DNA from: a virus
Lineage: Duplodnaviria > Heunggongvirae > Uroviricota > Caudoviricetes
Virus record (IMG/VR): IMGVR_UViG_2861079508_000003
Location: 1 to 39,249 of that record
DNA length: 39,249 nucleotides
Direction: 5' to 3' (one strand)
The notes under the pieces are model-generated. The model was not told the DNA's origin. It saw only the letters and a list, made by a program, of their open reading frames with translations, and made no database searches. The translations under genes were made by a program, and so were the position numbers. Shown here piece after piece: positions 26,511 through 36,338 of this stretch (position 1 is its first letter; each line of letters begins with the position of its first letter).

Positions 26511-27929
26511 ATGCCGATTCAGCAACTTCCGCTTATGAAAGGTGTCGGCAAAGACTTTCGAAACGCCGACTATATCGACTATCTGCCAGTGAATATGCTG
26601 GCTACACCCAAAGAAATCCTCAACAGCAGCGGATATCTTCGCTCATTCCCGGGCATTGCCAAACGCTCTGACGTGAACGGCGTATCGCGAGGCGTCGAGT
26701 ACAACATGGCGCAGAATGCTGTTTATCGCGTGTGTGGTGGCAAGCTGTACAAAGGAGAAAGTGAAGTCGGTGATGTTGCCGGAAGTGGTCGTGTATCAAT
26801 GGCTCATGGTCGGACATCTCAGGCTGTAGGCGTTAATGGTCAACTGGTCGAGTATCGCTATGATGGCACGGTTAAAACCGTCTCAAACTGGCCTGCAGAC
26901 AGCGGATTCACGCAGTATGAGTTAGGCTCAGTCCGCGACATTACGCGATTACGTGGGCGTTATGCGTGGTCAAAAGACGGCACCGATTCATGGTTTATCA
27001 CTGACCCTGAAGACGAATCGCATCCTGACCGCTACAGCGCACAATATCGGGCAGAATCACAGCCTGACGGAATAATCGGTATCGGAACATGGCGAGACTT
27101 CATTGTCTGCTTTGGTTCATCGACGATTGAATATTTCTCCCTGACTGGTGCAACCACCGTTGGTGCCGCGTTGTATGTCGCACAGCCATCGCTGATGGTG
27201 CAGAAAGGTATTGCCGGGACTTACTGCAAAACGCCGTTTGCTGATTCGTATGCGTTCATCAGCAATCCGGCAACGGGTGCGCCATCTGTATACATCATCG
27301 GCTCCGGTCAGGTGTCACCAATCGCCAGCGCGAGCATTGAGAAAATCCTCCGCTCCTACACTGCTGATGAACTGGCTGATGGTGTGATGGAATCGCTGCG
27401 ATTTGATGCTCATGAGTTGCTGATTATCCACCTTCCGCGCCATGTTCTCGTGTACGACGCATCTTCAAGCGCCAATGGTCCTCAATGGTGTGTGCTGAAA
27501 ACAGGGCTGTATGACGATGTGTACCGCGCTATCGACTTCATTTACGAAGGCAATCAGATAACGTGCGGCGATAAGCTGGAATCGGTTACCGGCAAATTGC
27601 AGTTCGATATCAGCAGCCAGTACGACAAGCAACAGGAACATATTTTATATTCTCCTTTAATAAAGGCAGATAACGTTTTAATAAATGACCTTGAATTAGA
27701 AACATCTGGCGGCGTGTGTGATAGAATAGATAGAATATTTATATCAGCAACTACAGATGGAATTAATTACGGTCGTGAGCAAATGGTCGTATTACAAAAA
27801 CCATTTGTATATGACAATCGCGTTTTATGGCGAAAAGTTGGTCGAGTTAGACGCCTCATCGGATTTAAATTCAGAGTTATTGCAAAAGGTCCTGTTACAT
27901 TATCAGGCCTTTCTATTCGTGTAACATAA
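26511..27929 (+). CDS. Tail accessory / head-completion protein (P22 gp10 type; 472 aa)
   Basis: Same length as P22 gp10 and correct synteny (4-10-26). Confidence 0.8.
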   Translation: MPIQQLPLMKGVGKDFRNADYIDYLPVNMLATPKEILNSSGYLRSFPGIAKRSDVNGVSRGVEYNMAQNAVYRVCGGKLYKGESEVGDVAGSGRVSMAHGRTSQAVGVNGQLVEYRYDGTVKTVSNWPADSGFTQYELGSVRDITRLRGRYAWSKDGTDSWFITDPEDESHPDRYSAQYRAESQPDGIIGIGTWRDFIVCFGSSTIEYFSLTGATTVGAALYVAQPSLMVQKGIAGTYCKTPFADSYAFISNPATGAPSVYIIGSGQVSPIASASIEKILRSYTADELADGVMESLRFDAHELLIIHLPRHVLVYDASSSANGPQWCVLKTGLYDDVYRAIDFIYEGNQITCGDKLESVTGKLQFDISSQYDKQQEHILYSPLIKADNVLINDLELETSGGVCDRIDRIFISATTDGINYGREQMVVLQKPFVYDNRVLWRKVGRVRRLIGFKFRVIAKGPVTLSGLSIRVT

Positions 27930-27958
27930 ATCGAAACTAAAGGAGTAGATATGTTGAG

Positions 27959-27966
27959 TGAAAACG
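27959..27966. repeat. IS1 target-site duplication, left copy (TGAAAACG)
   Basis: Identical 8-mer directly flanks both IS1 ends. Confidence 0.6.
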
Positions 27967-27981
27967 GGTAATGACTCCAAC

Positions 27982-28485
27982 TTATTGATAGTGTTTTATG
28001 TTCAGATAATGCCCGATGACTTTGTCATGCAGCTCCACCGATTTTGAGAACGACAGCGACTTCCGTCCCAGCCGTGCCAGGTGCTGCCTCAGATTCAGGT
28101 TATGCCGCTCAATTCGCTGCGTATATCGCTTGCTGATTACGTGCAGCTTTCCCTTCAGGCGGGATTCATACAGCGGCCAGCCATCCGTCATCCATATCAC
28201 CACGTCAAAGGGTGACAGCAGGCTCATAAGACGCCCCAGCGTCGCCATAGTGCGTTCACCGAATACGTGCGCAACAACCGTCTTCCGGAGCCTGTCATAC
28301 GCGTAAAACAGCCAGCGCTGGCGCGATTTAGCCCCGACATAGCCCCACTGTTCGTCCATTTCCGCGCAGACGATGACGTCACTGCCCGGCTGTATGCGCG
28401 AGGTTACCGACTGCGGCCTGAGTTTTTTAAGTGACGTAAAATCGTGTTGAGGCCAACGCCCATAATGCGGGCTGTTGCCCGGCAT
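27982..28485 (-). CDS. insB: IS1 transposase InsB (expressed as InsAB' by frameshift in canonical IS1)
   Basis: [58 protein letters not shown].. matches IS1 InsB. Confidence 0.9.
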
Positions 28486-28679
28486 CCAACGCCATTCATG
28501 GCCATATCAATGATTTTCTGGTGCGTACCGGGTTGAGAAGCGGTGTAAGTGAACTGCAGTTGCCATGTTTTACGGCAGTGAGAGCAGAGATAGCGCTGAT
28601 GTCCGGCGGTGCTTTTGCCGTTACGCACCACCCCGTCAGTAGCTGAACAGGAGGGACAGCTGATAGAAACAGAAGCCAC
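28404..28679 (-). CDS. insA: IS1 protein InsA
   Basis: [68 protein letters not shown].. matches IS1 InsA. Confidence 0.9.
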
Positions 28680-28734
28680 TGGAGCACCTCAAAAACACCA
28701 TCATACACTAAATCAGTAAGTTGGCAGCATCACC

Positions 28735-28742
28735 TGAAAACG
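28735..28742. repeat. IS1 target-site duplication, right copy (TGAAAACG)
   Basis: Identical 8-mer to 27959-27966. Confidence 0.6.
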
Positions 28743-29264
28743 CAAAAGATATTCCTGGATATGAAGGTTTATATGCCGTAACAGAGGATGGGCGAGTATA
28801 TTCTCACTCACGTGTTGTTAAGGCTGCGCATGGCAGCACGCAACTCAGAAAGGGGCGGTGGCTAAAACAACACGAGAATAATAAAGGTTATCTATATTTG
28901 CCACTTAGTGTTGATGGAGTTAAAGTAAAATGGCTTGTGCATAGGCTTGTCGCTCTTGCTTTCGTCCCCAACCCAGAAGGCAAGCCGTTCATAAATCACA
29001 TAGATAACAACCCAAAAAATAATAATGCTTCTAATTTAGAGTGGTGCACTCAAAAGGAGAATATGAAGTATTGCTCATCTCAAGGCAGGGTGAAGTTCCC
29101 GGCTTTAAAAGGAGAAAATAATCCAATTTCAAAGCTCTCATATGAGCAAGTAATAGAAATAAAGAAATCAAAGGGAGTTAATCAAAGAGAGCTTGCTAAA
29201 AAATACTGTGTCAGTCAGACGGTGATTCACAATATCCAGTCTGGTAAATCGTGGAGGCATGTTA

Positions 29265-30113
29265 ATGGCTGATTCGAATCTCAATACACCTGTTATTGTT
29301 CAGGCGACGCGGCTCGATACATCAGTCCTTCCACGCAATATCTTCTCGCAGTCGTATCTGCTTTACGTTATCGCACAGGGCACTGATGTTGGTAACGTGG
29401 CTAACAAGGCCAACGAGGCCGGACAGGGCGCTTATGACGCACAAGTCAGGAACGATGAGCAGGATGTGATTCTCGCTGACCATGAGCAGCGAATTTCTGC
29501 TGCGGAAGCAACGCTTGTTAATCATGAGGAGCGAATCAGCCAGGCAGAATCAACTCTTCAGGAACATGAAACACGAATAGCTCAGAATGAAAGCGATATT
29601 GCGTCTCTTGATACCAGAGTTCAGTCGCTCGAATCGCAGGTTTCAGACCATGAAACGCGCATCGATGCTCTGGAGTATGCCACTAATCGCAAAAAGTCAG
29701 AGGTTGTTTACTCTGGCGTATCTGTAACCATCCCGACAGCGCCGACCAACCTTGTTAGCCTGCTGAAAACGCTCACTCCGTCATCCGGCACGTTGGCACC
29801 GTTCTTCGACACCGTTAACAACAAGATGGTTGTGTTCAACGAGAACAAAACCTTGTTCTTCAAGCTGTCGATCGTCGGGACGTGGCCCAGCGGAACCGCC
29901 AACAGGTCAATGCAGCTAACATTTTCCGGTTCTGTTCCTGACACACTGGTAAGCAGTCGCAACTCGGCGACAACAACCGACAACATCCTGTTAGCTACGT
30001 TCTTCAGCGTGGATAAAGACGGCTTTCTTGCCACAAATGGCAGTACGTTAACCATTCAGTCGAATGGTGCGGCGTTTACTGCCACAACCATCAAGATAAT
30101 CGCGGAGCAGTGA
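29265..30113 (+). CDS. Tail needle protein (P22 gp26 type N-terminus with a different C-terminal domain)
   Basis: [68 protein letters not shown].. matches recalled P22 gp26 N-terminus, then heptad-rich coiled coil; C-terminal about 130 aa differ from P22. Confidence 0.8.
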   Translation: MADSNLNTPVIVQATRLDTSVLPRNIFSQSYLLYVIAQGTDVGNVANKANEAGQGAYDAQVRNDEQDVILADHEQRISAAEATLVNHEERISQAESTLQEHETRIAQNESDIASLDTRVQSLESQVSDHETRIDALEYATNRKKSEVVYSGVSVTIPTAPTNLVSLLKTLTPSSGTLAPFFDTVNNKMVVFNENKTLFFKLSIVGTWPSGTANRSMQLTFSGSVPDTLVSSRNSATTTDNILLATFFSVDKDGFLATNGSTLTIQSNGAAFTATTIKIIAEQ

Positions 30114-30568
30114 TGATTCAGTTCAAACCAACGCGAAACATCGACCTGATAGAAGCCGTGGGAAATCACCCCGACATTATCGCCGGGAGCAACAACGGTG
30201 ATGGATACGACTACAAGCCTGAATGCCGTTACTTTGAGGTGAACGTGCACGGGCAGTTCGGCGGAATTGTTTACTATCAGGAGATTCAGCCGCTGACATT
30301 CGATTGCCACGCCATGTACCTGCCAGAGGTTCGTGGATTCAGCAAGGAAATCGGGCTGGCGTTCTGGAGATACATTCTGACTAACACCACTGTTCAGTGT
30401 GTCACATCGTTCGCTGCGCGCAAATTCCGCCACGGGCAGATGTACTGCGCAATGATTGGCCTTAATCGTGTAGGAACCATCAAGAAATACTTCAAAGGCG
30501 TGGATGACGTGACATTTTACAGTGCTACACGCGAAGAACTAATCGAATTCCTGAATCACGGGAGATAG
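30110..30568 (+). CDS. Probable gp14-type ejection/assembly protein (152 aa)
   Basis: Assigned by synteny (26-14-7-20-16 in P22-like phages) and translational coupling; sequence not independently recognised. Confidence 0.5.
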   Translation: MMIQFKPTRNIDLIEAVGNHPDIIAGSNNGDGYDYKPECRYFEVNVHGQFGGIVYYQEIQPLTFDCHAMYLPEVRGFSKEIGLAFWRYILTNTTVQCVTSFAARKFRHGQMYCAMIGLNRVGTIKKYFKGVDDVTFYSATREELIEFLNHGR

Positions 30569-30570
30569 CC

Positions 30571-31263
30571 ATGTTATATGCATTTAAGCTGGGCAGAAAA
30601 CTGCGCGGCGAGGAACCTTATTGCCCTGAAAAAGGCGGGAAAGGTGGCAGTTCTGATAAAAGCGCAAAGTATGCCGCAGAAGCTCAGAAGTATGCCGCAG
30701 ACCTGCAAAATCAGCAGTGGCAGACGATCATGAAAAACCTTGCTCCGTTCACGCCGCTTGCGGAGCAGTATGTTAACCAGCTTCAGAATCTTTCCAGTTT
30801 AGAAGGACAGGGGCAGGCACTTAATCAGTATTACAACTCTCAGCAGTATAAAGACCTTGCAGGTCAGGCTCGCTACCAGAATCTTGCTGCTGCGGAGGCG
30901 ACGGGGGGACTTGGTTCGACAGCCACAAGCAATCAACTGGCTACGATCGCGCCGACTCTCGGTCAGTCTTGGTTATCAAACCAGATGAGCAATTACAACA
31001 ATCTGGCAAACGTTGGGCTTGGTGCTCTGCAAGGTCAGGCAAACGCCGGGCAGACGTACGCCAACAACATGAGCAGCATTGCACAGCAAAGCGCAGCACT
31101 TGCCGCTGCTAATGCCAATAAACCATCAAGTCTTCAGACTGCAATTAGCGGTGGCACGTCTGGTGCGATTGCCGGTGCAGGTCTTGCCAGCCTTTTGGGA
31201 ACATCAACGCCTTGGGGCGCTGGCATTGGTGCTGGTATCGGATTGCTTGGCTCGTTGTTTTAA
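30571..31263 (+). CDS. Ejection (injection) protein, P22 gp7 type (230 aa)
   Basis: N-terminus MLYAFKLGRKLRGEE..KGGKGGSS.. resembles recalled P22 gp7; size and synteny. Confidence 0.7.
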   Translation: MLYAFKLGRKLRGEEPYCPEKGGKGGSSDKSAKYAAEAQKYAADLQNQQWQTIMKNLAPFTPLAEQYVNQLQNLSSLEGQGQALNQYYNSQQYKDLAGQARYQNLAAAEATGGLGSTATSNQLATIAPTLGQSWLSNQMSNYNNLANVGLGALQGQANAGQTYANNMSSIAQQSAALAAANANKPSSLQTAISGGTSGAIAGAGLASLLGTSTPWGAGIGAGIGLLGSLF

Positions 31264-31272
31264 GGGGTAATC

Positions 31273-32700
31273 ATGGCTACTTGGCAAGGAACAAACGGCG
31301 GATTGTTGGCTGGTATCGGCGGCGTCAACTCAAACGCTCCGAGCGTAAATGACATCGGCAATACGCTTCAGCTTATCAGGCAGAACAATGATATTGAGCG
31401 TTCAGGCGCTAACAATGTTGGGCTGACTGCTTTGCAAGGCCTTTCAGGTATTGCGGGGGTGTTTCAGCAGGAAAAGCAGGCTCAGCGGCAGAAAGAATTT
31501 CAGCAGGCATACGCTAATGCTTATGCGTCTGGTGATCGCGGTGCTTTGCGTCAGTTGGCTACTCAATATCCAGACCAGATTGAATCCGTTCGTAAAGGCA
31601 TGGGATTCATTGATGAAGAGCAGCGTAATTCTATCGGCACCTTAGCGGCTGGCGCACGCCTTGCGTCATCGTCTCCAGAAGCAATGCAATCATGGCTGCA
31701 AAACAACGCCAAGGAACTGGCGCGCGTCGGTGTTGACCCTAACAACGTTGCTCAGATGTATCAGCAGAATCCTTCAGGGTTTGGTGAGTTTGTTGATCAC
31801 CTTGGGATGGCTGCTCTCGGTCCGATTGACTACTTCAATGTTCAGGACAAGATGGCTGGTCGGGATATTGAGCGTGGCGAGTTGGCAGAGACGATTCGCA
31901 GCAATAAAGCTGGGGAAGGTTTACAGGCGCAAAGCATTGCTGTTAGCCGTGAAAACTCCCTGCGCACTGCTGGAGGTGCTGTTCCTGCATCTGTTAAAGA
32001 ATATCAATATTTCAACAGCCTGTCTCCAGAGCAACAAAAGACATATCTTCGTGTTCGAGGCCGTCCTGATGCTGGCGGGGAGAATGTTGTGCAACTGGCA
32101 GATGGTAGAACGGTAACGGTAGGCGGGAAACTTCACGGCGCTGGGGCTAATGCGTTCTACGAAGGCATCGATAACGAGGGGAATATGGTTCGCGTTCCTG
32201 CCAGTTCAATCGCTGCTCCTGCAACATCGTCTGCATCAGCACAAAACTATGCCATGAAGAAGGATATCGACGCGATCGCAAATGCAGACGCTTCTGCTCT
32301 CGATTTCATGACAGGAATGACCGGCGGCGCAGGTAACCCGGCAATTGGTGCTGATGTTCGCAGCCGATTAACAGGAAAAGAGCAGCGCCAGTTATATAAC
32401 TCAGCACAACGTATTCAGGGCAGAATGCAGAATCAGGGTGTGGCGGCAGCAAGGGACATGGGGGCCAGTGGTATTAACACCGTTGCAGAAGCGAAGATGT
32501 ATTTTCAGGGGATGCCGCAGGTTGACTATTCAAGCCCGGAGGCTATGCAGCAGTCGATTCGTGAGATTCAGGAATACACCAACAATTACAACCAACAATA
32601 TAACGTTAATGTTGGTAAATCTCAGCGGCAGCAATCTCAACCTGCACAGGTATCACAGCCAGCAGCCAGCAGTAACTTTTCTTCACTATGGGGTGATTAA
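31273..32700 (+). CDS. Ejection protein, P22 gp20 type (475 aa)
   Basis: Size (P22 gp20 about 471 aa) and synteny; Gly/Ala/Gln-rich composition typical of E-proteins. Confidence 0.7.
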   Translation: MATWQGTNGGLLAGIGGVNSNAPSVNDIGNTLQLIRQNNDIERSGANNVGLTALQGLSGIAGVFQQEKQAQRQKEFQQAYANAYASGDRGALRQLATQYPDQIESVRKGMGFIDEEQRNSIGTLAAGARLASSSPEAMQSWLQNNAKELARVGVDPNNVAQMYQQNPSGFGEFVDHLGMAALGPIDYFNVQDKMAGRDIERGELAETIRSNKAGEGLQAQSIAVSRENSLRTAGGAVPASVKEYQYFNSLSPEQQKTYLRVRGRPDAGGENVVQLADGRTVTVGGKLHGAGANAFYEGIDNEGNMVRVPASSIAAPATSSASAQNYAMKKDIDAIANADASALDFMTGMTGGAGNPAIGADVRSRLTGKEQRQLYNSAQRIQGRMQNQGVAAARDMGASGINTVAEAKMYFQGMPQVDYSSPEAMQQSIREIQEYTNNYNQQYNVNVGKSQRQQSQPAQVSQPAASSNFSSLWGD

Positions 32701-34697
32701 TGGCTAAAGCATGGAAAGATGTTATCGCCTCTCCACAGTATCAGGCGTTAGCACCAGAACAAAAAGCGCAGGCTCAGGAGCAATACTTCAATGAAGTCGT
32801 TGCCCCGCAAGCCGGAGAAAATGCAGAGCAGGCTAAGCAAGCTTTCTATGCTGCCTATCCATTGCCATCTGTGCAGCCAGTGGATACACAGCAACCAGTA
32901 GCACAGCAACAACCGCAGCAAAGTGGATTTATGTCTGATCTTGGTGAAGCAGTGAAAGAGACTGGTCGCGGACTGGTGCAGGCTGGCGTGAACGTGGCAA
33001 ACATACCTGCATCAGTTGCAGATGCTGTAACAAGCGCGGCGGCTTGGGCTGGCGGTAAACTCGGCATTGGCGATGGTACATATCAACCAGCGCCACGAGT
33101 AACAACGCAGGGATTAGAGCAGGACTTTGGCCTTCAGCAAGGCGCGCTTACTCCACAAACGACAGAGGGAAGGGTATTTGCTGAAGCATTGCCTTACCTC
33201 ACTCCTGCTGGCGTTGAGAGAGCGGCAGCGCAGGCACCAACACTTGCTGGTCGAATTGCTCAGGGGGCAACTCGCCTTCTGGCAGAAAACGCAGTTGGAT
33301 CACTTGCTGCAAATAGTGCGAAAGATGATGCGGAAGCACTCGCCACCGATTTAGGCGTTGGTGTACTTACTGGCGGTGCTATTAACGCTGCCGGACGTGG
33401 ATTAGGTGCTGCTTATCGTGGCGTTCGTGGTGCTATCGCGCCAGAAGCGCAGCAGGCTATCAGATTTGCAGAGCGTGAAGGAGTTCCTCTGCACACCACA
33501 GACCTGTTACAACCAACTTCCCGCGTCGGAAAAATGGCGCAGACTACAGCAGAAAATATCCCTCTGGCTGGCACAAGCGGAATGAGAGCAACGCAACAGG
33601 AAGCGAGAAGCCAGTTGGTGCAGAGATTTGCTGATAAATTCGGTGAGTATGATCCAGCGGTTGTTATTGACAGCCTTAAAGCGAAAACATCAGGAATTCG
33701 TCGTGCCGCCGGTAATCGACTGGAGCAGGTTCAGAATGCTATGGCTGGAGTAAACATTCAGCCTGCTCGAGCAATTCAGCAGATTGATACAGAAATATCT
33801 AATCTGCAGAAGCTTGGTAAGGTCGCCGATAACGAGACTATTTCAAAACTTCAGTCCTATCGTGATGAGCTTGTTCGCAATGCTGGTCCTGATGGTCCGG
33901 TAAATCTGGATTTGAAGCAATTAAGCGACCTGCGCAGTCAGTTCAGAATGGACGTGAAGGGTGAGCGACCAGTGTTACCAAACCGTTCCGATGCTGCCAT
34001 TCAGCGCGTTTACAAGGCAATGACTGACGATATCAATGGTGCCATTGGTCAGAATCTTGGCAACGATACTCTCCGTAAATATCAGCAGGCCAATGCCGTC
34101 TATGCTGACGAAGCTGCGAAACTAAAGAATACCAGGCTGAAGAATGTTCTCATGAAAGGCGATCTGACGCCGGAAGTTGTCAACAACATGCTATTCAGCA
34201 AGAACAAATCGGAAATTAAGAATCTGTATAACTCAGTTGGTCGTGTTGGCAGGGCGCAAATGCGCAATGGCATCATTGGAAAGGCGATGGAGAAATCTGG
34301 CGGATCCCCTGACCAGTTCCTTCGACAGCTTAACATCCTGCAAAACCAGACTGGCATCACATTTAAGGGGCAGGACGCTGCTTATCTGAAAGGATTGAAA
34401 AACTACCTGCAATCCACGCAGCAGGCTGCAAAAGCGGCAGTAACAACACCAACAGGGCAGCAAACCATCCCGTTCATTATCGGATATGGGACAGCAATGA
34501 ACCCGGCGACAACTGGCGCAGCAGTAAGCTACGGACTTCTTACTCGCGCATATGAGAGCGAGCCATTCAGAAATGCAATGCTCCGAATGGCAAACACCCC
34601 ACGCGGATCAACAGCCTTTGAGAAAGCAATGCAGCAGGCACAAAAGGCAATTAACGCTCTGACGCAGGGGGCTAAGTCTGATGCGTTGTCAGAATAG
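32700..34697 (+). CDS. Ejection protein, P22 gp16 type (665 aa)
   Basis: Synteny and size (P22 gp16 about 609 aa); last gene of the rightward structural operon before converging minus-strand genes. Confidence 0.7.
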   Translation: MAKAWKDVIASPQYQALAPEQKAQAQEQYFNEVVAPQAGENAEQAKQAFYAAYPLPSVQPVDTQQPVAQQQPQQSGFMSDLGEAVKETGRGLVQAGVNVANIPASVADAVTSAAAWAGGKLGIGDGTYQPAPRVTTQGLEQDFGLQQGALTPQTTEGRVFAEALPYLTPAGVERAAAQAPTLAGRIAQGATRLLAENAVGSLAANSAKDDAEALATDLGVGVLTGGAINAAGRGLGAAYRGVRGAIAPEAQQAIRFAEREGVPLHTTDLLQPTSRVGKMAQTTAENIPLAGTSGMRATQQEARSQLVQRFADKFGEYDPAVVIDSLKAKTSGIRRAAGNRLEQVQNAMAGVNIQPARAIQQIDTEISNLQKLGKVADNETISKLQSYRDELVRNAGPDGPVNLDLKQLSDLRSQFRMDVKGERPVLPNRSDAAIQRVYKAMTDDINGAIGQNLGNDTLRKYQQANAVYADEAAKLKNTRLKNVLMKGDLTPEVVNNMLFSKNKSEIKNLYNSVGRVGRAQMRNGIIGKAMEKSGGSPDQFLRQLNILQNQTGITFKGQDAAYLKGLKNYLQSTQQAAKAAVTTPTGQQTIPFIIGYGTAMNPATTGAAVSYGLLTRAYESEPFRNAMLRMANTPRGSTAFEKAMQQAQKAINALTQGAKSDALSE

Positions 34698-34787
34698 CTT
34701 TTCAAACACCAGGAACGTGCAAAAACCAAATATGTAGAACGCGAGGTTTATCGTACAACTCTGCATAGGAGATACCTTTGCTGATTG

Positions 34788-35273
34788 TTATCTTATGTTA
34801 CTGCTACTGTTGCATGTGACTGTATTTCCAAACCCTGAATTGCAGTTTGTGTAAGTGTCAACGCGTGTTGGATAGGGTTGAGTTATAACAGGCTGTCTCG
34901 CTTTTTGCTCGATCGCTTGCATTGTGTTTACAGCCTGATAATTCAATAAAGCCTGCTGGAATGCTTGGCTTTGTGCTATTTGTTGGGCTTGTTCTTGGCT
35001 TTGTAATTGAACATAAAGATTCTGAAGCTCAAGTCTTGCCTGTGCGTCACTTATCTTGCCTTCATCGACACCTTGCCCGAGCATCTTTGCAGCAAGGACA
35101 TACAGCTTAGGTGTTGGTGCTGATGCCATGCGTGAGTCGTTCTTCACACTGGCATCAAGGCAATTAGCCATATCGCTAAGCTTTTGATAGCGTTGTTCGC
35201 AACTTGCTTGATAGTCACTTACTTTTGCGCATCCAACCAGCAGAAGCGGGATAATTAACAGTGATTTTTTCAT
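34788..35273 (-). CDS. Putative lipoprotein (signal peptide with lipobox LLVGC; about 161 aa from internal ATG)
   Basis: MKKSLLIIPLLLVGCAK.. is a textbook lipoprotein signal peptide; Gln-rich helical middle; lies downstream of mnt on the same strand, where P22 carries sieA. Confidence 0.55.
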   Translation of the reverse strand: MKKSLLIIPLLLVGCAKVSDYQASCEQRYQKLSDMANCLDASVKNDSRMASAPTPKLYVLAAKMLGQGVDEGKISDAQARLELQNLYVQLQSQEQAQQIAQSQAFQQALLNYQAVNTMQAIEQKARQPVITQPYPTRVDTYTNCNSGFGNTVTCNSSSNIR

Positions 35274-35343
35274 ATGGTTAACTCTCCTTAGTTTTTCACA
35301 GGATATCATGAAGGCTATGCCATTTTAGCCGGAAACTAGATTT

Positions 35344-35643
35344 CTATGTTTCCTTTTTATTATTGCTATACATGGTCTTAAGCGTATCAAAGACAATTTT
35401 CTTAACCATCTCAGATTGTTGTTCTGCCATACGCTCTGCATCGTCAATGTAAACAGATGCAGAGCTTTCTTTAGCCAATGATTCTTCAATCGCTGCAATT
35501 ATCTCTGAGTTCAGAGACCTGTTATTCATCTTCGCACGCTGTTTAATCTTCGCGTGGAGTTCATGCGGAAGTCTCAAGTGAAACTGCGCCTCGTCGTATT
35601 TGCTGTACATCCTTGATGCCTCACCAGTTGGGTGGAATGGCAT
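35344..35643 (-). CDS. mnt: Mnt-like ribbon-helix-helix repressor (Arc/MetJ family)
   Basis: ..FHLRLPHELHAKIKQRAKMNNRSLNSEIIAAIEESL.....DDAERMAEQQSEMVKKIVFDTLKTMY.. parallels recalled P22 Mnt; start could be Met1 or Met12 (35610). Confidence 0.7.
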   Translation of the reverse strand: MPFHPTGEASRMYSKYDEAQFHLRLPHELHAKIKQRAKMNNRSLNSEIIAAIEESLAKESSASVYIDDAERMAEQQSEMVKKIVFDTLKTMYSNNKKET

Positions 35644-35741
35644 CGTAACCTACTGGATAAATACTCAATAGTACCATTTCGGTATGCAATCACATCATGG
35701 TTGCATCATATCATTCGTCTGGAGCAATGAAATGTCAGATA

Positions 35742-36281
35742 TCACCTACCATGATTCTCATGATAACCATAGGTCTTTTCAGCCTCACGCCTTACAGCAA
35801 TTGCATCATCGAGACACTTAAAGTATCCGAGATTAATGCGCTTCCCTGCGTCGCTAATATATGCCACCCACTTTTTATGGGTCTTATGCCATGAAACACC
35901 TGCGCACCCAGATGTATTGTTTGTGTATTTAGATTTGTTTTTTAGGTTTTCACCGAGACTAACTAGACGCAGGTTGTCTATTGAATTATTTAACCCATTA
36001 CCATCTTTATGGTCAATTTGCATTCCTGAAGGGATTTCACCATAAAACATTTCCCATATTATCCTATGGGCGGCGTATATTTTATCTTGATACCTGATAA
36101 TTATATAAGATGTTTTCCTGTTCTTGTCCTTGAATATATGTCCTGCAGGCTTTTCTTTAGAGATATTGAACATTTTGGGTCTTGAAAGATATTGGTCACT
36201 CCAGTACAGGAGTCCATCGTCTTTTAATACGAATACTTCGTTCCAGTTCATGTTAACCACCTTTAAATAAAGTTCACTCAT
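35742..36281 (-). CDS. HNH homing-endonuclease-like protein with AP2-type domain (179 aa)
   Basis: ..[47 protein letters not shown].. (HNH_3) plus ..[36 protein letters not shown] (AP2-like); occupies the position of arc/ant in P22. Confidence 0.7.
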   Translation of the reverse strand: MSELYLKVVNMNWNEVFVLKDDGLLYWSDQYLSRPKMFNISKEKPAGHIFKDKNRKTSYIIIRYQDKIYAAHRIIWEMFYGEIPSGMQIDHKDGNGLNNSIDNLRLVSLGENLKNKSKYTNNTSGCAGVSWHKTHKKWVAYISDAGKRINLGYFKCLDDAIAVRREAEKTYGYHENHGR

Positions 36282-36338
36282 TATACAAAAAACATGCTAG
36301 CAATGAATATTGCTTGCTTAACATATAGAGAAATTAAA

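Larger units (their letters stand above)
27967..28734 (-). mobile_element. Insertion sequence IS1 (768 bp, complete, terminal inverted repeats present)
   Basis: Encodes InsA and InsB essentially identical to canonical IS1; ends match GGTGATGCTGCCAACTTACTGAT / ATCAATAAGTTGGAGTCATTACC; boundaries set from insA/insB positions. Confidence 0.95.
27951..29272 (+). pseudogene. HNH homing-endonuclease-like gene (NUMOD4-like N-terminus, HNH_3 core) disrupted after codon 5 by IS1
   Basis: ATG at 27951 with AAGGAG RBS encodes MLSEN, then IS1; after the element the frame continues AKDIPGYEGLYAVTEDGRVYSHS...INHIDNNPKNNNASNLEWCTQKENM... Removing IS1 plus one duplication copy restores one ORF. The track's ORF 28721..29272 starts at a TTG inside the IS1 end. 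Confidence 0.6.

Noticed and set aside
28721-29272. ORF-track ORF treated as an intact HNH gene
   Set aside because: Its first codons lie within the IS1 terminal repeat and the start is a TTG; the native 5' end is upstream of IS1, so the gene is annotated as IS1-disrupted.
35697-35894. Plus-strand ORF 35697..35894 in the arc position next to mnt
   Set aside because: Considered as a possible Arc homologue, but it lacks a ribbon-helix-helix N-terminus and overlaps the minus-strand HNH gene.
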